Assembly: GCA_964493715.1 (NCBI GenBank)
Contig: CAZBPC010000012.1
Coordinates: 2,990-63,072, forward strand
Reading direction: 5' to 3'
DNA length: 60,083 nt
From: an uncultured archaeon
Lineage (GTDB): Archaea > Asgardarchaeota > Lokiarchaeia > Sigyniarchaeales > SOKP01
Of this stretch, positions 49,488 to 60,007 are shown in pieces. The translations under genes and the position numbers were made by a program. Under the pieces are notes generated by a model, which had not been told where the DNA came from, did no database searches, and saw nothing but the letters and a program-made list of their open reading frames with translations. Position 1 is the first letter of the stretch. Each line of letters opens with the position of its first letter.

Positions 49488-50768
49488 GTGAAGATTATAA
49501 AAGGTTATTCGCAGAAACTCAACGATCAATTCATTATTAGAGTGGTTGATGAAGATAATAAAGAAGCAATTGAAAAAATAGTAAAATTAAATTGGATTGT
49601 ACACGGGGATTTGGCAAAAAATAGGATTCCTCGCATATTTCAAGACCACCCGAAAAAGAAAGATATACTCTTTTTTTACATTGAAGACATTATTACAGAG
49701 CAAGCGGTATCATCATTGCTTCTTGAACCTCTAGAATGGTATTTCGATGATATAATAGTTCCTATTTGTGAAATGGATTTTGTAGCAACTCTTCCTGATT
49801 ACCGTGGAAGAAATTTCATAGGATTGCTGAATAAATTATATGAACAAGCCATGAAAGAAAAAGGCTATTTAATAACTGTTTTAAGGGGTATTCCGAATTA
49901 TTACAGAAGATTTGGATATGAATTCGTGTTTAATCTTGATGATCCAATTATTATAAAGAATAGTTTAATTTCAGATGTTAATTATGGTGATTTATGCATT
50001 AGAAAAGCAACAGAGGAAGATATCATATTTATTAAAGAAAAATATGAGGAATTCTTTTGCAAATTCTATGTATCCAATAAATATGAACCCATTTCTTTTC
50101 AATATAAATTCATGAATGAAGAGATTTCTGAAAATTATTATTCTACTTACATTTTAGAAGAAAATAATATTAAAAGTGCAATTTTCTTCATAGGAAGATC
50201 ATATGATGATTCAGGATTCAATCTTATTGTACCACCTATTTCTGAAATGAACATGAATGCAATATTATATTTTATAAAAAGTGAATTTATTGGTAAGCAA
50301 GATACAAAAACCGATGAAACTACTTTCTATTGTAGTCTTGAAACGAGATTTAGGGAACATTTGATCAATTTGGGTGGAATTGCTGATTTAAATTATGGAT
50401 GGCAAGTTAAGATTCCCAACTTAGAACATTTTTTTAAACACATCAAATCATTATTAGAACAGAGAATTAAGGCTTCAGAATTCAAAGGGATCTCAAGAGA
50501 TATTATAATAAGCAACTATCATGAGATTATTACTCTTAAATTTGAGGAAGGAATATTAACTGATGTATTATCTGAAATAAAATTCTCTGAACCAGAAGAA
50601 TCAGATGTAAAAATTCCTGGATCTATGCTTTACAAGCTAATTTTGTCATATAATTCATTTGATGAGATTAAGTTCCTCATAAAAGATGCTATTCTCAAAC
50701 CTGAATCAAAACTCATAATTAATACTTTATTTCCCAAAAAAAAATCATATCCAGAGTCATATTATTGA
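49488..50768 (+). CDS. GNAT acetyltransferase, Eis-like
   Basis: VATLPDYRGRNFI, YYRRFGYE; C-terminal SCP2-like region. Confidence 0.8.
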   Translation: MKIIKGYSQKLNDQFIIRVVDEDNKEAIEKIVKLNWIVHGDLAKNRIPRIFQDHPKKKDILFFYIEDIITEQAVSSLLLEPLEWYFDDIIVPICEMDFVATLPDYRGRNFIGLLNKLYEQAMKEKGYLITVLRGIPNYYRRFGYEFVFNLDDPIIIKNSLISDVNYGDLCIRKATEEDIIFIKEKYEEFFCKFYVSNKYEPISFQYKFMNEEISENYYSTYILEENNIKSAIFFIGRSYDDSGFNLIVPPISEMNMNAILYFIKSEFIGKQDTKTDETTFYCSLETRFREHLINLGGIADLNYGWQVKIPNLEHFFKHIKSLLEQRIKASEFKGISRDIIISNYHEIITLKFEEGILTDVLSEIKFSEPEESDVKIPGSMLYKLILSYNSFDEIKFLIKDAILKPESKLIINTLFPKKKSYPESYY

Positions 50769-50822
50769 GAATTAGACACGAAATAAATTTAATTAATAAT
50801 TATTTTTAATTTAATATTCTTA

Positions 50823-51824
50823 ATGAATGAAATCGATAATACAAAAACTCTTGAATCTAACCGATTTGTTAGCATTGATGTTTTTAAAGGTTTTGCAATA
50901 GCACTAATGGTATTTGTAAATACTTTATCTCCTTTTGACGTGATTCCTAGTTGGACACATCATGCGGGTGAATATGGACTAACTTATGTAGATTTAATAG
51001 CTCCCTTTTTTATATTCATGTTAGCCTTAAATTTCACAGTATCATTCAAACGTCATTTAGAGCGTGATGGACGACGAAAAGCCTACATACGGCACTTACG
51101 AAGATATTTATTCTTCATTGGTATAGGTTTATTCATGTTTATTGATGTATCCGAGAGTGGATTGATTTTGCGTTGGGGCACTTTGCAGGTATTAGGGATG
51201 TCAGGACTCCTTTTTTTACCATTTGCAGAAGTGAAACCTCTAATTAAACTAATAGTTGGATCATTCTACATAATTTTACATCAATTATTACTTTTCACAA
51301 GTCTAAATATTATCATCTATGATTCGATTGAAGGTGGGATTCTTGGATGTCTTTCTTGGGGTTCGATGATGATTTTTTCTAATGTTATTGCTGAGGGACT
51401 AAAGAAAGATGTTAAATGGAGATATTTTCTATTGGGAGGATTGTTTTTTTTAATAATCGGAATCATTACTAGTTTTTTTTGGGGAATCAGTAGGGGTTAC
51501 ATGACTTTGCCGTATGTTTTTATATCTGTAGGCGTATCATCAGTCCTCTATTATATAATATATTTATTATTTGAAAATCGTGGAAAAAATCCAATATTTA
51601 AAAATGAGAAAATTCTCAGTCCAAGCGGTAAAAATGCGTTTATTCTTTTTCTACTTCATATAATTACTCTATATTTCTTTTATGAGATGATACCGTTTTT
51701 TTACAATTTCATACCAGAAGATATGAAATGGTTGGTTGTCTTATTATTCGCAGTGTTAAATACAAGTATCATACTTCTAATTGGGTACTTCTTAGATAAG
51801 AAAAAATTATATTTGACAATTTAG
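50823..51824 (+). CDS. membrane acyltransferase, heparan-alpha-glucosaminide N-acetyltransferase-like
   Basis: RFVSIDVFKGFAIALMVFVN, HHA, T.VDLIAPFFIF, GTLQVLG. Confidence 0.8.
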   Translation: MNEIDNTKTLESNRFVSIDVFKGFAIALMVFVNTLSPFDVIPSWTHHAGEYGLTYVDLIAPFFIFMLALNFTVSFKRHLERDGRRKAYIRHLRRYLFFIGIGLFMFIDVSESGLILRWGTLQVLGMSGLLFLPFAEVKPLIKLIVGSFYIILHQLLLFTSLNIIIYDSIEGGILGCLSWGSMMIFSNVIAEGLKKDVKWRYFLLGGLFFLIIGIITSFFWGISRGYMTLPYVFISVGVSSVLYYIIYLLFENRGKNPIFKNEKILSPSGKNAFILFLLHIITLYFFYEMIPFFYNFIPEDMKWLVVLLFAVLNTSIILLIGYFLDKKKLYLTI

Positions 51825-51895
51825 GTACTCTTACTTTTAAGAAATCAACTTAAAAAGTAATAAATTTTTTTACGTTGTCAATATTACTCAATCCT

Positions 51896-53011
51896 ATGAT
51901 TAGTGAATTTTACGAAAAATTAGCAAAATTGGCTGTCAATTATTCAATCAAGGTCAAAAAAGGAGATAGAATCCTAGTAATGGGCCCAGTATTAGCAAAA
52001 GAGGCATTTCAAGCACTAAATATAGAATTACTTAAAGCAGGTGGTTTTCCTCTCAGTATTCCAAATATTGAAGGTTTGGATGAAATTCTTTACAAATATG
52101 GATCTAAAGAGCAAATTCAGTATGTTGACGATGCCATCATTAGAATATTTAAAGAATTTAATGGAATGATCGATATATTTGGTGATTATAATACCCGAAA
52201 ACACTCCTTAGTTGATCCAAAATTAATAGCTCTGTCACGATCATCTCCCAAAAGAAGAGAATTAATGGAAGCTTACATGGATAGAATGGCTTCTGGAGAA
52301 TTTCTATGGGTGCTTATTCCATATCCCTGTAATTCTTTTGCCCAAGAGGCAAACATGGACTTATTCTCATACGAGGAATTTATTAAAAAAGCGTTATTGC
52401 TAGATAAAGATGATCCAGTAGCCGAATGGGAAAAAAAATTCAGAGAACAAGAAAAAGTGATAACTAAATTGCATGAATTCAAAACTGGAGAGATTCAAGT
52501 GATAGGTGAGGATACAGATCTCAAATTATCAGTAAAGGGTCGTAAATGGGTAAATTCTTGTGGGCAAAATAATTTACCTGATGGAGAAATATATACAGGG
52601 CCAGTGGAAGAATCAATCAATGGGAAAATTAAATTTACATATCCTGGGATTTTTCAAGGTCAAGAAATTGAAGGAATCTATTTAGAATTTAAAAATGGCA
52701 AGGTTTCAAAAGCTACTGCAGCTAAAGGAGACGACTTACTAAAAGAAATATTAAATGTTGACGGAGCGAACATGGTTGGTGAATTTGCGGTCGGAACGAA
52801 TTATGGGATTACAAAATTCACGAAAAATATGCTTTTTGATGAAAAAATGGGTGGTACATTACACATGGCATTAGGATCTGGAATTAAAGAAACTGGTAGT
52901 AAAAATGAGAGTGCTATTCATTGGGATATCTTAAAAGATATGACATTTTCTGGATCCAAAATCAAAATTGATGGAAAAATAGTATATGAAGAAGGTCAAT
53001 GGAAAATTTAA
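51896..53011 (+). CDS. thermophilic metalloaminopeptidase (M29, AmpS/AmpT)
   Basis: NLPDGEIYT, GEFAVG, LFDEK..GTLHMALG, SAIHWD; ATG at 51896 preferred. Confidence 0.92.
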   Translation: MISEFYEKLAKLAVNYSIKVKKGDRILVMGPVLAKEAFQALNIELLKAGGFPLSIPNIEGLDEILYKYGSKEQIQYVDDAIIRIFKEFNGMIDIFGDYNTRKHSLVDPKLIALSRSSPKRRELMEAYMDRMASGEFLWVLIPYPCNSFAQEANMDLFSYEEFIKKALLLDKDDPVAEWEKKFREQEKVITKLHEFKTGEIQVIGEDTDLKLSVKGRKWVNSCGQNNLPDGEIYTGPVEESINGKIKFTYPGIFQGQEIEGIYLEFKNGKVSKATAAKGDDLLKEILNVDGANMVGEFAVGTNYGITKFTKNMLFDEKMGGTLHMALGSGIKETGSKNESAIHWDILKDMTFSGSKIKIDGKIVYEEGQWKI

Positions 53012-53021
53012 TTCTCTATTT

Positions 53022-53930
53022 TTAATATAAACTCGATATCAACAAATTCATAAACTCAATTTTAATTTGCTCAGTTATAAAATCTATTGCATAACTAATG
53101 GGATGAGAATTATCATTATTTATATCCTTAATTGTAAGTTTACCCGGTACTTTATCCGTTTCTACTTTTAAATGAACATCAATATATTTAAAAAATTCTT
53201 TTTTCATTAGTTGAATTGGAACCAACGTATCAAATGGATAAAAACCTTCACTAATATTGCCTTTCCATAACGTTAGCCAAGGTTCAAGATATTTAACTAG
53301 GAAGTTACTTATTGAAGTATTCTTAGTTTTAATCTTATTAAGATGTGATTCCTTAAATACTACTTTACAGCTAACATCCAATCCAATCCCTATACGGGGT
53401 GTATTCGTTTTAGCTTCAATAAACATTTTTGTTGCTATGGGATCATAAAAAAAGTTAAATTCAGTCATGTTAAATTGTTCCTGATTAGTAAACCTAAACT
53501 TATCATTGAACGCATTAGTGGGTTCTATAGTACCACCCATAAAAACGATCTGTTTTAAATCATCAAGAAATTCGGGATATTTTAAGATAGCAGTAGAAAT
53601 ATTTGTAAGAGGGCCTAATGTAAGTAATGTAATTTCATTAGGATATTCTTTAACACTTGAAATTAAGAAATCCGAAGCTTTATTTAATACGCCTAAGTGT
53701 TCTTTTGATCGTGCTCCCATATAATGAGGAATATCTGCATGATTAAATAACTCTAAATATGATTTTATTAATTTAAAACCTTTAGTTACGTGAGAATTTC
53801 CAAAAACTGTTGTGATTCCTTCTATTTCATAAAATTCTGGGTGATTTAGCATGAAAATTAATGCTAATCCATCATCTACTTCTCCCCTCATTATTCCTAA
53901 AGCAGGATCCGTATCAATTATCACTCTCAT
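53022..53930 (-). CDS. inosine/uridine-preferring nucleoside hydrolase family protein
   Basis: IIDTDP...VDDGLA, TTVFGN, LGPLTN, MGG, EFNF..DP; ATG at 53930 preferred. Confidence 0.9.
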   Translation of the reverse strand: MRVIIDTDPALGIMRGEVDDGLALIFMLNHPEFYEIEGITTVFGNSHVTKGFKLIKSYLELFNHADIPHYMGARSKEHLGVLNKASDFLISSVKEYPNEITLLTLGPLTNISTAILKYPEFLDDLKQIVFMGGTIEPTNAFNDKFRFTNQEQFNMTEFNFFYDPIATKMFIEAKTNTPRIGIGLDVSCKVVFKESHLNKIKTKNTSISNFLVKYLEPWLTLWKGNISEGFYPFDTLVPIQLMKKEFFKYIDVHLKVETDKVPGKLTIKDINNDNSHPISYAIDFITEQIKIEFMNLLISSLY

Positions 53931-54074
53931 GTCTCTATAACTCCATTTTAATATACTTAAATGAGGAAATGTGATAGAAAAAATAAATTTTACTGACATT
54001 TATGTGAATAAGTTTATATTAATATCCTACTTATTTGAAATTTGGAGTATTAATAACAAAAAGAGGAAAAGATC

Positions 54075-54407
54075 ATGATTGAACTTGAAAAAGATTTAAT
54101 GGTATTTGAATTTAATGAAGAGAATGAAGAGTTTAATGAGATTAAAATTGCTGATAAAGGATTAGTAGAACTTCTAAATTCTAATTTAATATATATCATA
54201 TTAAATCGTAATCATAAAAAATTATGGATATGGCATGGTACTAATACAAATATTAGAATGAAATTCATAGCAACACAAGAAGCACCAAAAATAAGAGACA
54301 AATATGGAAACGATTTTAAGATTTCGGTTGTTGATGAAGGCGCTGAATCTTCTGAATTCGAGGAAATTATTGAAGTTTTATCTGGAACTATATTCAATCA
54401 AGAATAA
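54075..54407 (+). CDS. single-domain gelsolin-like protein
   Basis: LLNSNLIYIILN...LWIWHG and VVDEGAESSEF match the gelsolin-repeat pattern. Confidence 0.75.
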   Translation: MIELEKDLMVFEFNEENEEFNEIKIADKGLVELLNSNLIYIILNRNHKKLWIWHGTNTNIRMKFIATQEAPKIRDKYGNDFKISVVDEGAESSEFEEIIEVLSGTIFNQE

Positions 54408-54599
54408 TAATTTTAAATAGTAGTGAGGAGTAATACCTCTCTATAATTATATTTAATCAATAATTTGAAAATCATATTTGTTGTAGCAATTTGAAAGATC
54501 ATTATTATATTTTTTAAAAGAAAATCATCATTGTATTAAATTTCTCAATCTTTCATGAAAATTCATAATTTAGCCCATAAAAAATTCAATTTTTAATTA

Positions 54600-54977
54600 T
54601 TAAGCATAACTCTTAATAGCTCTATTGATAACATCTATCAACACATCGATAGTAAAAATTTTATCAATAAATAAAAACGCTCCAATAGAAAGAGCTTCTT
54701 CTTTAACGCTAGAATCAGCACTAATAAATATTATTTTTACCCTATGATCAATTTCTAATATTAGTTTTGACGCTTCTAATCCATTCATTTCAGGCATTCG
54801 TTGATCCATTAAAATTACTTTAGGTTTGTTCAAAAATGACTTGAACATTGATACTGCTTCTATTCCGTTGCTAGCAATCCCCGCCAACTCAAACCCACCT
54901 AAATTTAGAATTTGCTCGTAAAAGTATTGAAGTGCACGTTCATCGTCAACAATAAATATTTCTTCTATATTAATCAC
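54600..54977 (-). CDS. stand-alone response regulator (REC only)
   Basis: IVDDE, LMDQRMPEMNG, ISAD, DK; overlaps the upstream kinase stop. Confidence 0.9.
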   Translation of the reverse strand: MINIEEIFIVDDERALQYFYEQILNLGGFELAGIASNGIEAVSMFKSFLNKPKVILMDQRMPEMNGLEASKLILEIDHRVKIIFISADSSVKEEALSIGAFLFIDKIFTIDVLIDVINRAIKSYA

Positions 54978-56379
54978 CCTCTGGAATTAATAATATGAAA
55001 TTGCACCCTTTCGAACGATCTCCACTAACTTTATCTTCGACCCATATCTTTCCCTCATAAATTTCGATAATTTGCTGTACTAAAGACAACCCTAAACCCA
55101 TCCCAAGAGCGCTTTTATCCTTGTTGTACCCTCTTTTAAAGATAACCTCCTTCATGTTATCATCCACTCCATTCCCATTATCTATGAATTCCATTTTAAG
55201 ATAATCTATGCCATTTTGTTGGTCTCTTGAAATCCTAACTGTAATTTCTATTATTTCATTTACATTATGTTGTATCGCGTTGATTAAAAGGTTTTCAAAC
55301 ACATCCTTTAAAAAATCATTAGCTTTAATAAAAATTGTTCTATCCAAAGATTCGATTTGATAAGTTATTTTTCTATCTTTATAAGACCCTCTTACTGACG
55401 ATATTACATTTTCTAAGATATTCAAAATTTCAATCTTTTCTAAATCTTGGTTTGCGTCTTCGAGTTGGGAAAGTTTCCGCACATTATCGACTAGTTTTGT
55501 AGCCCTAATGACTTGTTCTCTAATAATAATATCATTCTTTTTGAATTCTTCAATTTTCTCTGGTTTTACAAGAATTAACTCGCTAACTTCAATCCCAGAC
55601 GAAATGATTTGTAATATATTGTTAATATCGTGAGTAAATATGTCTTTATAGAATTCTGCTCGATTGTAGGCTGTTTTATAATTTTCAGTAGATTCTTTTA
55701 ACTCCAGTTCTGTTTTTTTACGTTCGGTGATATCCAAAAGAGATGCAACGCTTCTTTTTGTCCCAGGGATCATATCAATAGTTATGAGTATGTTTCGAAT
55801 ATTCCCTTCTTTATCAATAAAACAAAATTCATAATTTTTTAACGAAGATTCTGCTTCAATTCTACGGGAATTATGGTATTTTATCATTCTCTGTAAATCT
55901 TCTTTGACAACAAACTCTGTCCAACTTTTTTTCCATTCAATTTCTTCTCTTGAATAACCAGAAAGTTCTTCAAACTGCTTATTTACAATTGAAATTGTGG
56001 TGTCTTCCTCTATTATAACGGTAGCTGTCCCTGTATTTTCGAAAATAGTTCTATATAATTCAGCAGTTATATCAATACTATGCTTTAGCTTTTCAATTAA
56101 TACTTTTAATTCTTTATCAGATTTTAGCAATCCTTCTAAGGTTTTTTTTCTTCCTGTAATATCTTCTACATGAATAATAACTAGATTGGGGGGGATAGAA
56201 CCATATATTACAGATAAAAATTTTTCTTCTCCTGTAGATCTGAAACTATACTTCATTTCCCTGAATACATTTTTATGATTGTTAGCACACCGATATAAAT
56301 CTTCTAAGATCTCTGGTGAATTCTCATATAGTTCTGAAGCTTTTGCGCCCACAAAATTCTTAATCATTCCTCTGGTCAT
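54970..56379 (-). CDS. cytoplasmic PAS-PAS histidine kinase (natural start probably 56529, interrupted by TAA at codon 2)
   Basis: PAS (IFENTGT...DITERK), H-box THDINN, NAIQH, DNGNG, GMGLGL. Confidence 0.88.
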   Translation of the reverse strand: MTRGMIKNFVGAKASELYENSPEILEDLYRCANNHKNVFREMKYSFRSTGEEKFLSVIYGSIPPNLVIIHVEDITGRKKTLEGLLKSDKELKVLIEKLKHSIDITAELYRTIFENTGTATVIIEEDTTISIVNKQFEELSGYSREEIEWKKSWTEFVVKEDLQRMIKYHNSRRIEAESSLKNYEFCFIDKEGNIRNILITIDMIPGTKRSVASLLDITERKKTELELKESTENYKTAYNRAEFYKDIFTHDINNILQIISSGIEVSELILVKPEKIEEFKKNDIIIREQVIRATKLVDNVRKLSQLEDANQDLEKIEILNILENVISSVRGSYKDRKITYQIESLDRTIFIKANDFLKDVFENLLINAIQHNVNEIIEITVRISRDQQNGIDYLKMEFIDNGNGVDDNMKEVIFKRGYNKDKSALGMGLGLSLVQQIIEIYEGKIWVEDKVSGDRSKGCNFILLIPEGD

Positions 56380-56760
56380 TTTTTCAGCAGCAGTATTATA
56401 ATCAACTAAAATAAATTCATCATCGATTTTTTGCCATAAAAATGTAGAAAAAGATAGTCCTCCAAATAATAATTTAAATCCAATTTTTAAATCTCTCTTA
56501 TTATTTATTATTATTTCCTCACTTTACATTATTATGACTCCTATTTTATTTTTTTAAAAAGTTCTGGAAGCTTTTTTATAAGAGTAGTTTTGTCATTTTA
56601 CATTTATTATTTTGTGAAAAAACTTGTATTTAAATTTTGTTAAAGTATCTTTTTTCTCACATTATGAATTGAACAGAAAAACGAGAATAACTCTTAACCC
56701 TATTAAAATAAAAATTGAACTATATTTAATAAAATAAATCTCTTTTAATAAATTTCAAAA

Positions 56761-57010
56761 TTAAAAATACGAAACTGCTCCCTCTAAAACCGTAATCTTT
56801 AATCTATTCTTCGGTGGATATTTTTTCGTCATACTATTTGATGATTACTGGGTGATAAATCTATGCCCATTTCAACAACTTTTTTTCTCGATAGTACCTT
56901 TTTTAAAGATCTTTTCTTTCATAAAATCGTCCACTCCAACGTTATAATCGAAGAATTCTATTTTAACGCAATTTATACCGTTTTATTGTTCTCTTAAAGC
57001 CCTTATGGTA
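56761..57010 (-). pseudogene. decayed HATPase fragment resembling the C-terminus of the adjacent kinase
   Basis: Reverse translation REQ*NGINCVKIEFFDYNVGVDDFMKEKIFKKG versus RDQQNGIDYLKMEFIDNGNGVDDNMKEVIFKRG; stops and frameshifts follow. Confidence 0.7.
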
Positions 57011-57125
57011 TAAATTATATAAAAAAGGGAAATATCAATTGAGAGTGTCAACATAACATAAATCGATAAAAAGAATGAAATTTTTAAACACTCATTTTGT
57101 TTAGAGATTAAAGAGGCACGCTCTT

Positions 57126-57398
57126 ATGCCAAATAAATTTACACCGATTGAGTTGACCAAACAAGCTATCTTTAATTTTGAGAACATTAAAGAATGTCTT
57201 AAAGGATTACATGAAGTTTTAAAAATTACAATCCCATCAAATAATATCTATTTAAAAATTGGAGAGGATAATATTGAGGCGTTATATCAAAATTTTCTCG
57301 AGTTAATGACAAATGAAATTGGAGCTCAAGAGTTTATGGCGAAAATAAAACGTTGTGAAATCGATTTAGATATTCCACTTGAAAATTTCTTAAAATAA
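57126..57398 (+). CDS. small helical hypothetical protein (paralog of 49142-49402)
   Basis: FNFENIKECLKGLHEVLKI...IYLKIGEDNIEALYQNFLELM. Confidence 0.75.
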   Translation: MPNKFTPIELTKQAIFNFENIKECLKGLHEVLKITIPSNNIYLKIGEDNIEALYQNFLELMTNEIGAQEFMAKIKRCEIDLDIPLENFLK

Positions 57399-57410
57399 AT
57401 CTTCCATTAT

Positions 57411-58037
57411 TTATTTCAATATTTTCCCTGTTTCTAAGTACCATAGATATAAATCTAGTTCTGCCAAATTTACTTTCAATATTTCTCCCATTTTTCTTAA
57501 AATTGATTCAATTTCAATATATTTCTTCTTAGTTAGTGTCTTCGGCTTTTCAATTAAATTATATTTCACTAAGACATCAATTATGTGAAAATCTATAATG
57601 GCATAATCTTCATAGCCAATATTCCTCAAAAAATGACTTGCTTCCTTGAATCCTAATCCCTTTATGTGTTTTACAATCCATTCTCTTAGAGAATAATCTC
57701 GGTTAGACTGATTTAATTTTTCTTCTAAATCTGCGATGTAATTTCTTGCTTCAATAATATATCGTGAACGAATATTTGGAAATCGATAACCACATTCCTT
57801 AAATTTTTCTGCTAATTGCATTCTATCCAAAATCAAAAAATCATCTTCCATTCGATTATGAATCTCAATGCACTTTTCTGCCCCACAATTAGCAGTCATG
57901 ATACAAAAACACATTTCTCTAAATATTTTTTGAATTGATTCTTCTTTAAAAGCAGCGAATTCTTTAATTCTCGAATTTATAACATTCATAACTTCGGATT
58001 CTTTCAAATTGTTGATAATTTTAATTAGATCATCCAT
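57411..58037 (-). CDS. ogg: 8-oxoguanine DNA glycosylase/AP lyase (Ogg2 type)
   Basis: GYRFPN.R, IKGLGFKEASHFLRNIG, AIIDFH, C-terminal TGKILK. Confidence 0.92.
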   Translation of the reverse strand: MDDLIKIINNLKESEVMNVINSRIKEFAAFKEESIQKIFREMCFCIMTANCGAEKCIEIHNRMEDDFLILDRMQLAEKFKECGYRFPNIRSRYIIEARNYIADLEEKLNQSNRDYSLREWIVKHIKGLGFKEASHFLRNIGYEDYAIIDFHIIDVLVKYNLIEKPKTLTKKKYIEIESILRKMGEILKVNLAELDLYLWYLETGKILK

Positions 58038-58204
58038 TATTTTATAGTTTTTAATTCTTTATATCTCAATTTCCCTTTTTTTAATAAGAGAGATATATTT
58101 GAAAAACCTAATGCTTTATCATTATAAGTCCATTACAAAAGCATTTTATCGTATGAAAAATTAATAACAATTATCGAAAAAGATTACGAATAAGGACTGA
58201 TGAG

Positions 58205-59203
58205 ATGAAAAAACATAAGGTCATCGTCTTAGGATCGATAGCATATGATTACATCATGTCTTTCGAAGAAAATTTTGTAAATGCGGTTTCTATCGATCGT
58301 GAAAAAGAAGAATTTCAAAGTACAGTTACAGCTGCTGAAAAAATACAGCGCTATGGAGGAACGGCAGGAAATATAGCATATAATCTGGGTTTATTAAATA
58401 TTGCAAACACTACGGTTTTTGGTTCTGTTGGGAAAGATTTTGAAAGTCTTGGATATAGAGATCACGTCTCGAAATTTGAAAAGATTGATTTTAACGTTGA
58501 CATCTTTAAGGATCTTTATACAGCAGCTTGTTATATCGTAAATGATGTCAAAACTAATCAAATGATAATTTTTCATGGTGGAGCATTGAATAAAAGTGAT
58601 GATATTGATTTAAGAAAAAAAATATCGGATCCAGAAAATTACGCATATGCTATCAATTCAACACAAAGCATAAAGGTAATGGAGAATTTTGCGAATCAAC
58701 TATTTGATCTTGGAATTCCATCAATCTTTGACCCTGGACAAGTTACAGTACTCTTTCCTAAGAATATTTTAATAGATATTATAAAGAAATCTAAAATTTT
58801 AATCGGAAACAGGTATGAGATAGATCAAATTAAAAAGAAAACGGAATTAAGCGAAGAAGAATTAATGCAATTGGTAAACGCAGTAATTACAACAAAAGGG
58901 GCTGATGGCTCCTTACTCATGTACAAGGATGATTCTAGTAAAATTCATTCTTTTGAGATTCCAATATCAAAACCAAATATAGTCGAAGATACTACAGGTG
59001 CAGGAGATGGTTATCGTGCGGGGTTATTATCGGGATTAATATTAAATATGACTTTAATAAACTCATGTCGATTAGGGTCTATTGTAGGATCATTTGTCAT
59101 TGAAACCCACGGCGCTCAAACTCATTCTTATGACATAAATGATATAAGAAAACGGTTTTTTGATACATTCGGCTATGTTCCTTCAGAGTTAGAACAATTA
59201 TAA
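58205..59203 (+). CDS. PfkB family nucleoside/carbohydrate kinase
   Basis: GSIAYD, GGTAGNIAY, FDPGQ, DTTGAGDGYRAG. Confidence 0.92.
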   Translation: MKKHKVIVLGSIAYDYIMSFEENFVNAVSIDREKEEFQSTVTAAEKIQRYGGTAGNIAYNLGLLNIANTTVFGSVGKDFESLGYRDHVSKFEKIDFNVDIFKDLYTAACYIVNDVKTNQMIIFHGGALNKSDDIDLRKKISDPENYAYAINSTQSIKVMENFANQLFDLGIPSIFDPGQVTVLFPKNILIDIIKKSKILIGNRYEIDQIKKKTELSEEELMQLVNAVITTKGADGSLLMYKDDSSKIHSFEIPISKPNIVEDTTGAGDGYRAGLLSGLILNMTLINSCRLGSIVGSFVIETHGAQTHSYDINDIRKRFFDTFGYVPSELEQL

Positions 59204-59432
59204 TTGAAATCTAACGAGCATTTTTCTTTCTATTTTATTATGCTATCGGGATAATATAATTGATTATATATATTCCATCTTAATTTATTAATGCCGATAT
59301 TTTTGAGAATGTTAAGAAAAGAACTTTAAAAGAGAAATGTACTGACCATGATAACAAAAAAACATAGACCTCCTCTAGTATAAAAATAATAAATTTGGTT
59401 ATATTCTTAAGTACCCGTTTAGGAAATATGGA

Positions 59433-59750
59433 ATGTTAATTATTAACGATGATTTAGAAATGGAATATTATACAAAAATTTTGGATTTTTATCAAAACCA
59501 AAAATTTGATAAAGAAACTATCGAAATTTGGAAAAGCAAGTCTTACATAGAATTAATGCAAGTTTTAAAGCGAACACACAATAAAAATCTTGTAAAAAAT
59601 GCAATTATATTAATACTATCTTTATTTGAAGAATTACCACTCGATATTTATGAATCTTCAGGTCAAAGCGTAAGAGAATTAACACAAGAGGATAAAAATT
59701 CTTACATTTCTCATTTAAGATCCGAGTTTGTTGATGAATTTCCAAATTAA
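59433..59750 (+). CDS. hypothetical protein
   Basis: 105-aa ORF with no recognised motif. Confidence 0.65.
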   Translation: MLIINDDLEMEYYTKILDFYQNQKFDKETIEIWKSKSYIELMQVLKRTHNKNLVKNAIILILSLFEELPLDIYESSGQSVRELTQEDKNSYISHLRSEFVDEFPN

Positions 59751-60007
59751 TTTTTATGCTTATTTTGATCGAAAGACTCCTTCATATCAAGCACGTCATT
59801 CAATTTTGTCAACTTATTAGAATTTTGTTTTAAACCTAATTCATCAAGAATCCCTTTCATTTCTTTTATGGAGAGTACATCCTCTTCATCAAGATCTAGT
59901 GAGATCTCTTTTTGAAACTCGAGATTACATTCCCTGCATCCAAATGTAGTATCGTATTCAACGATTTTAGAAGATCCACATCGAGGACATACTTGCTTAT
60001 TCGCCAT
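59747..60007 (-). CDS. zinc-ribbon protein
   Basis: CPRCGS...FGCREC. Confidence 0.75.
   Translation of the reverse strand: MANKQVCPRCGSSKIVEYDTTFGCRECNLEFQKEISLDLDEEDVLSIKEMKGILDELGLKQNSNKLTKLNDVLDMKESFDQNKHKN

Noticed and set aside
1244-58576. Numerous 60-150 aa ORFs nested in or antisense to long genes (e.g. 1244-1618, 14998-15327, 29234-29653, 35192-35647)
   Set aside because: Shadow frames of well-supported genes, with no independent motifs.
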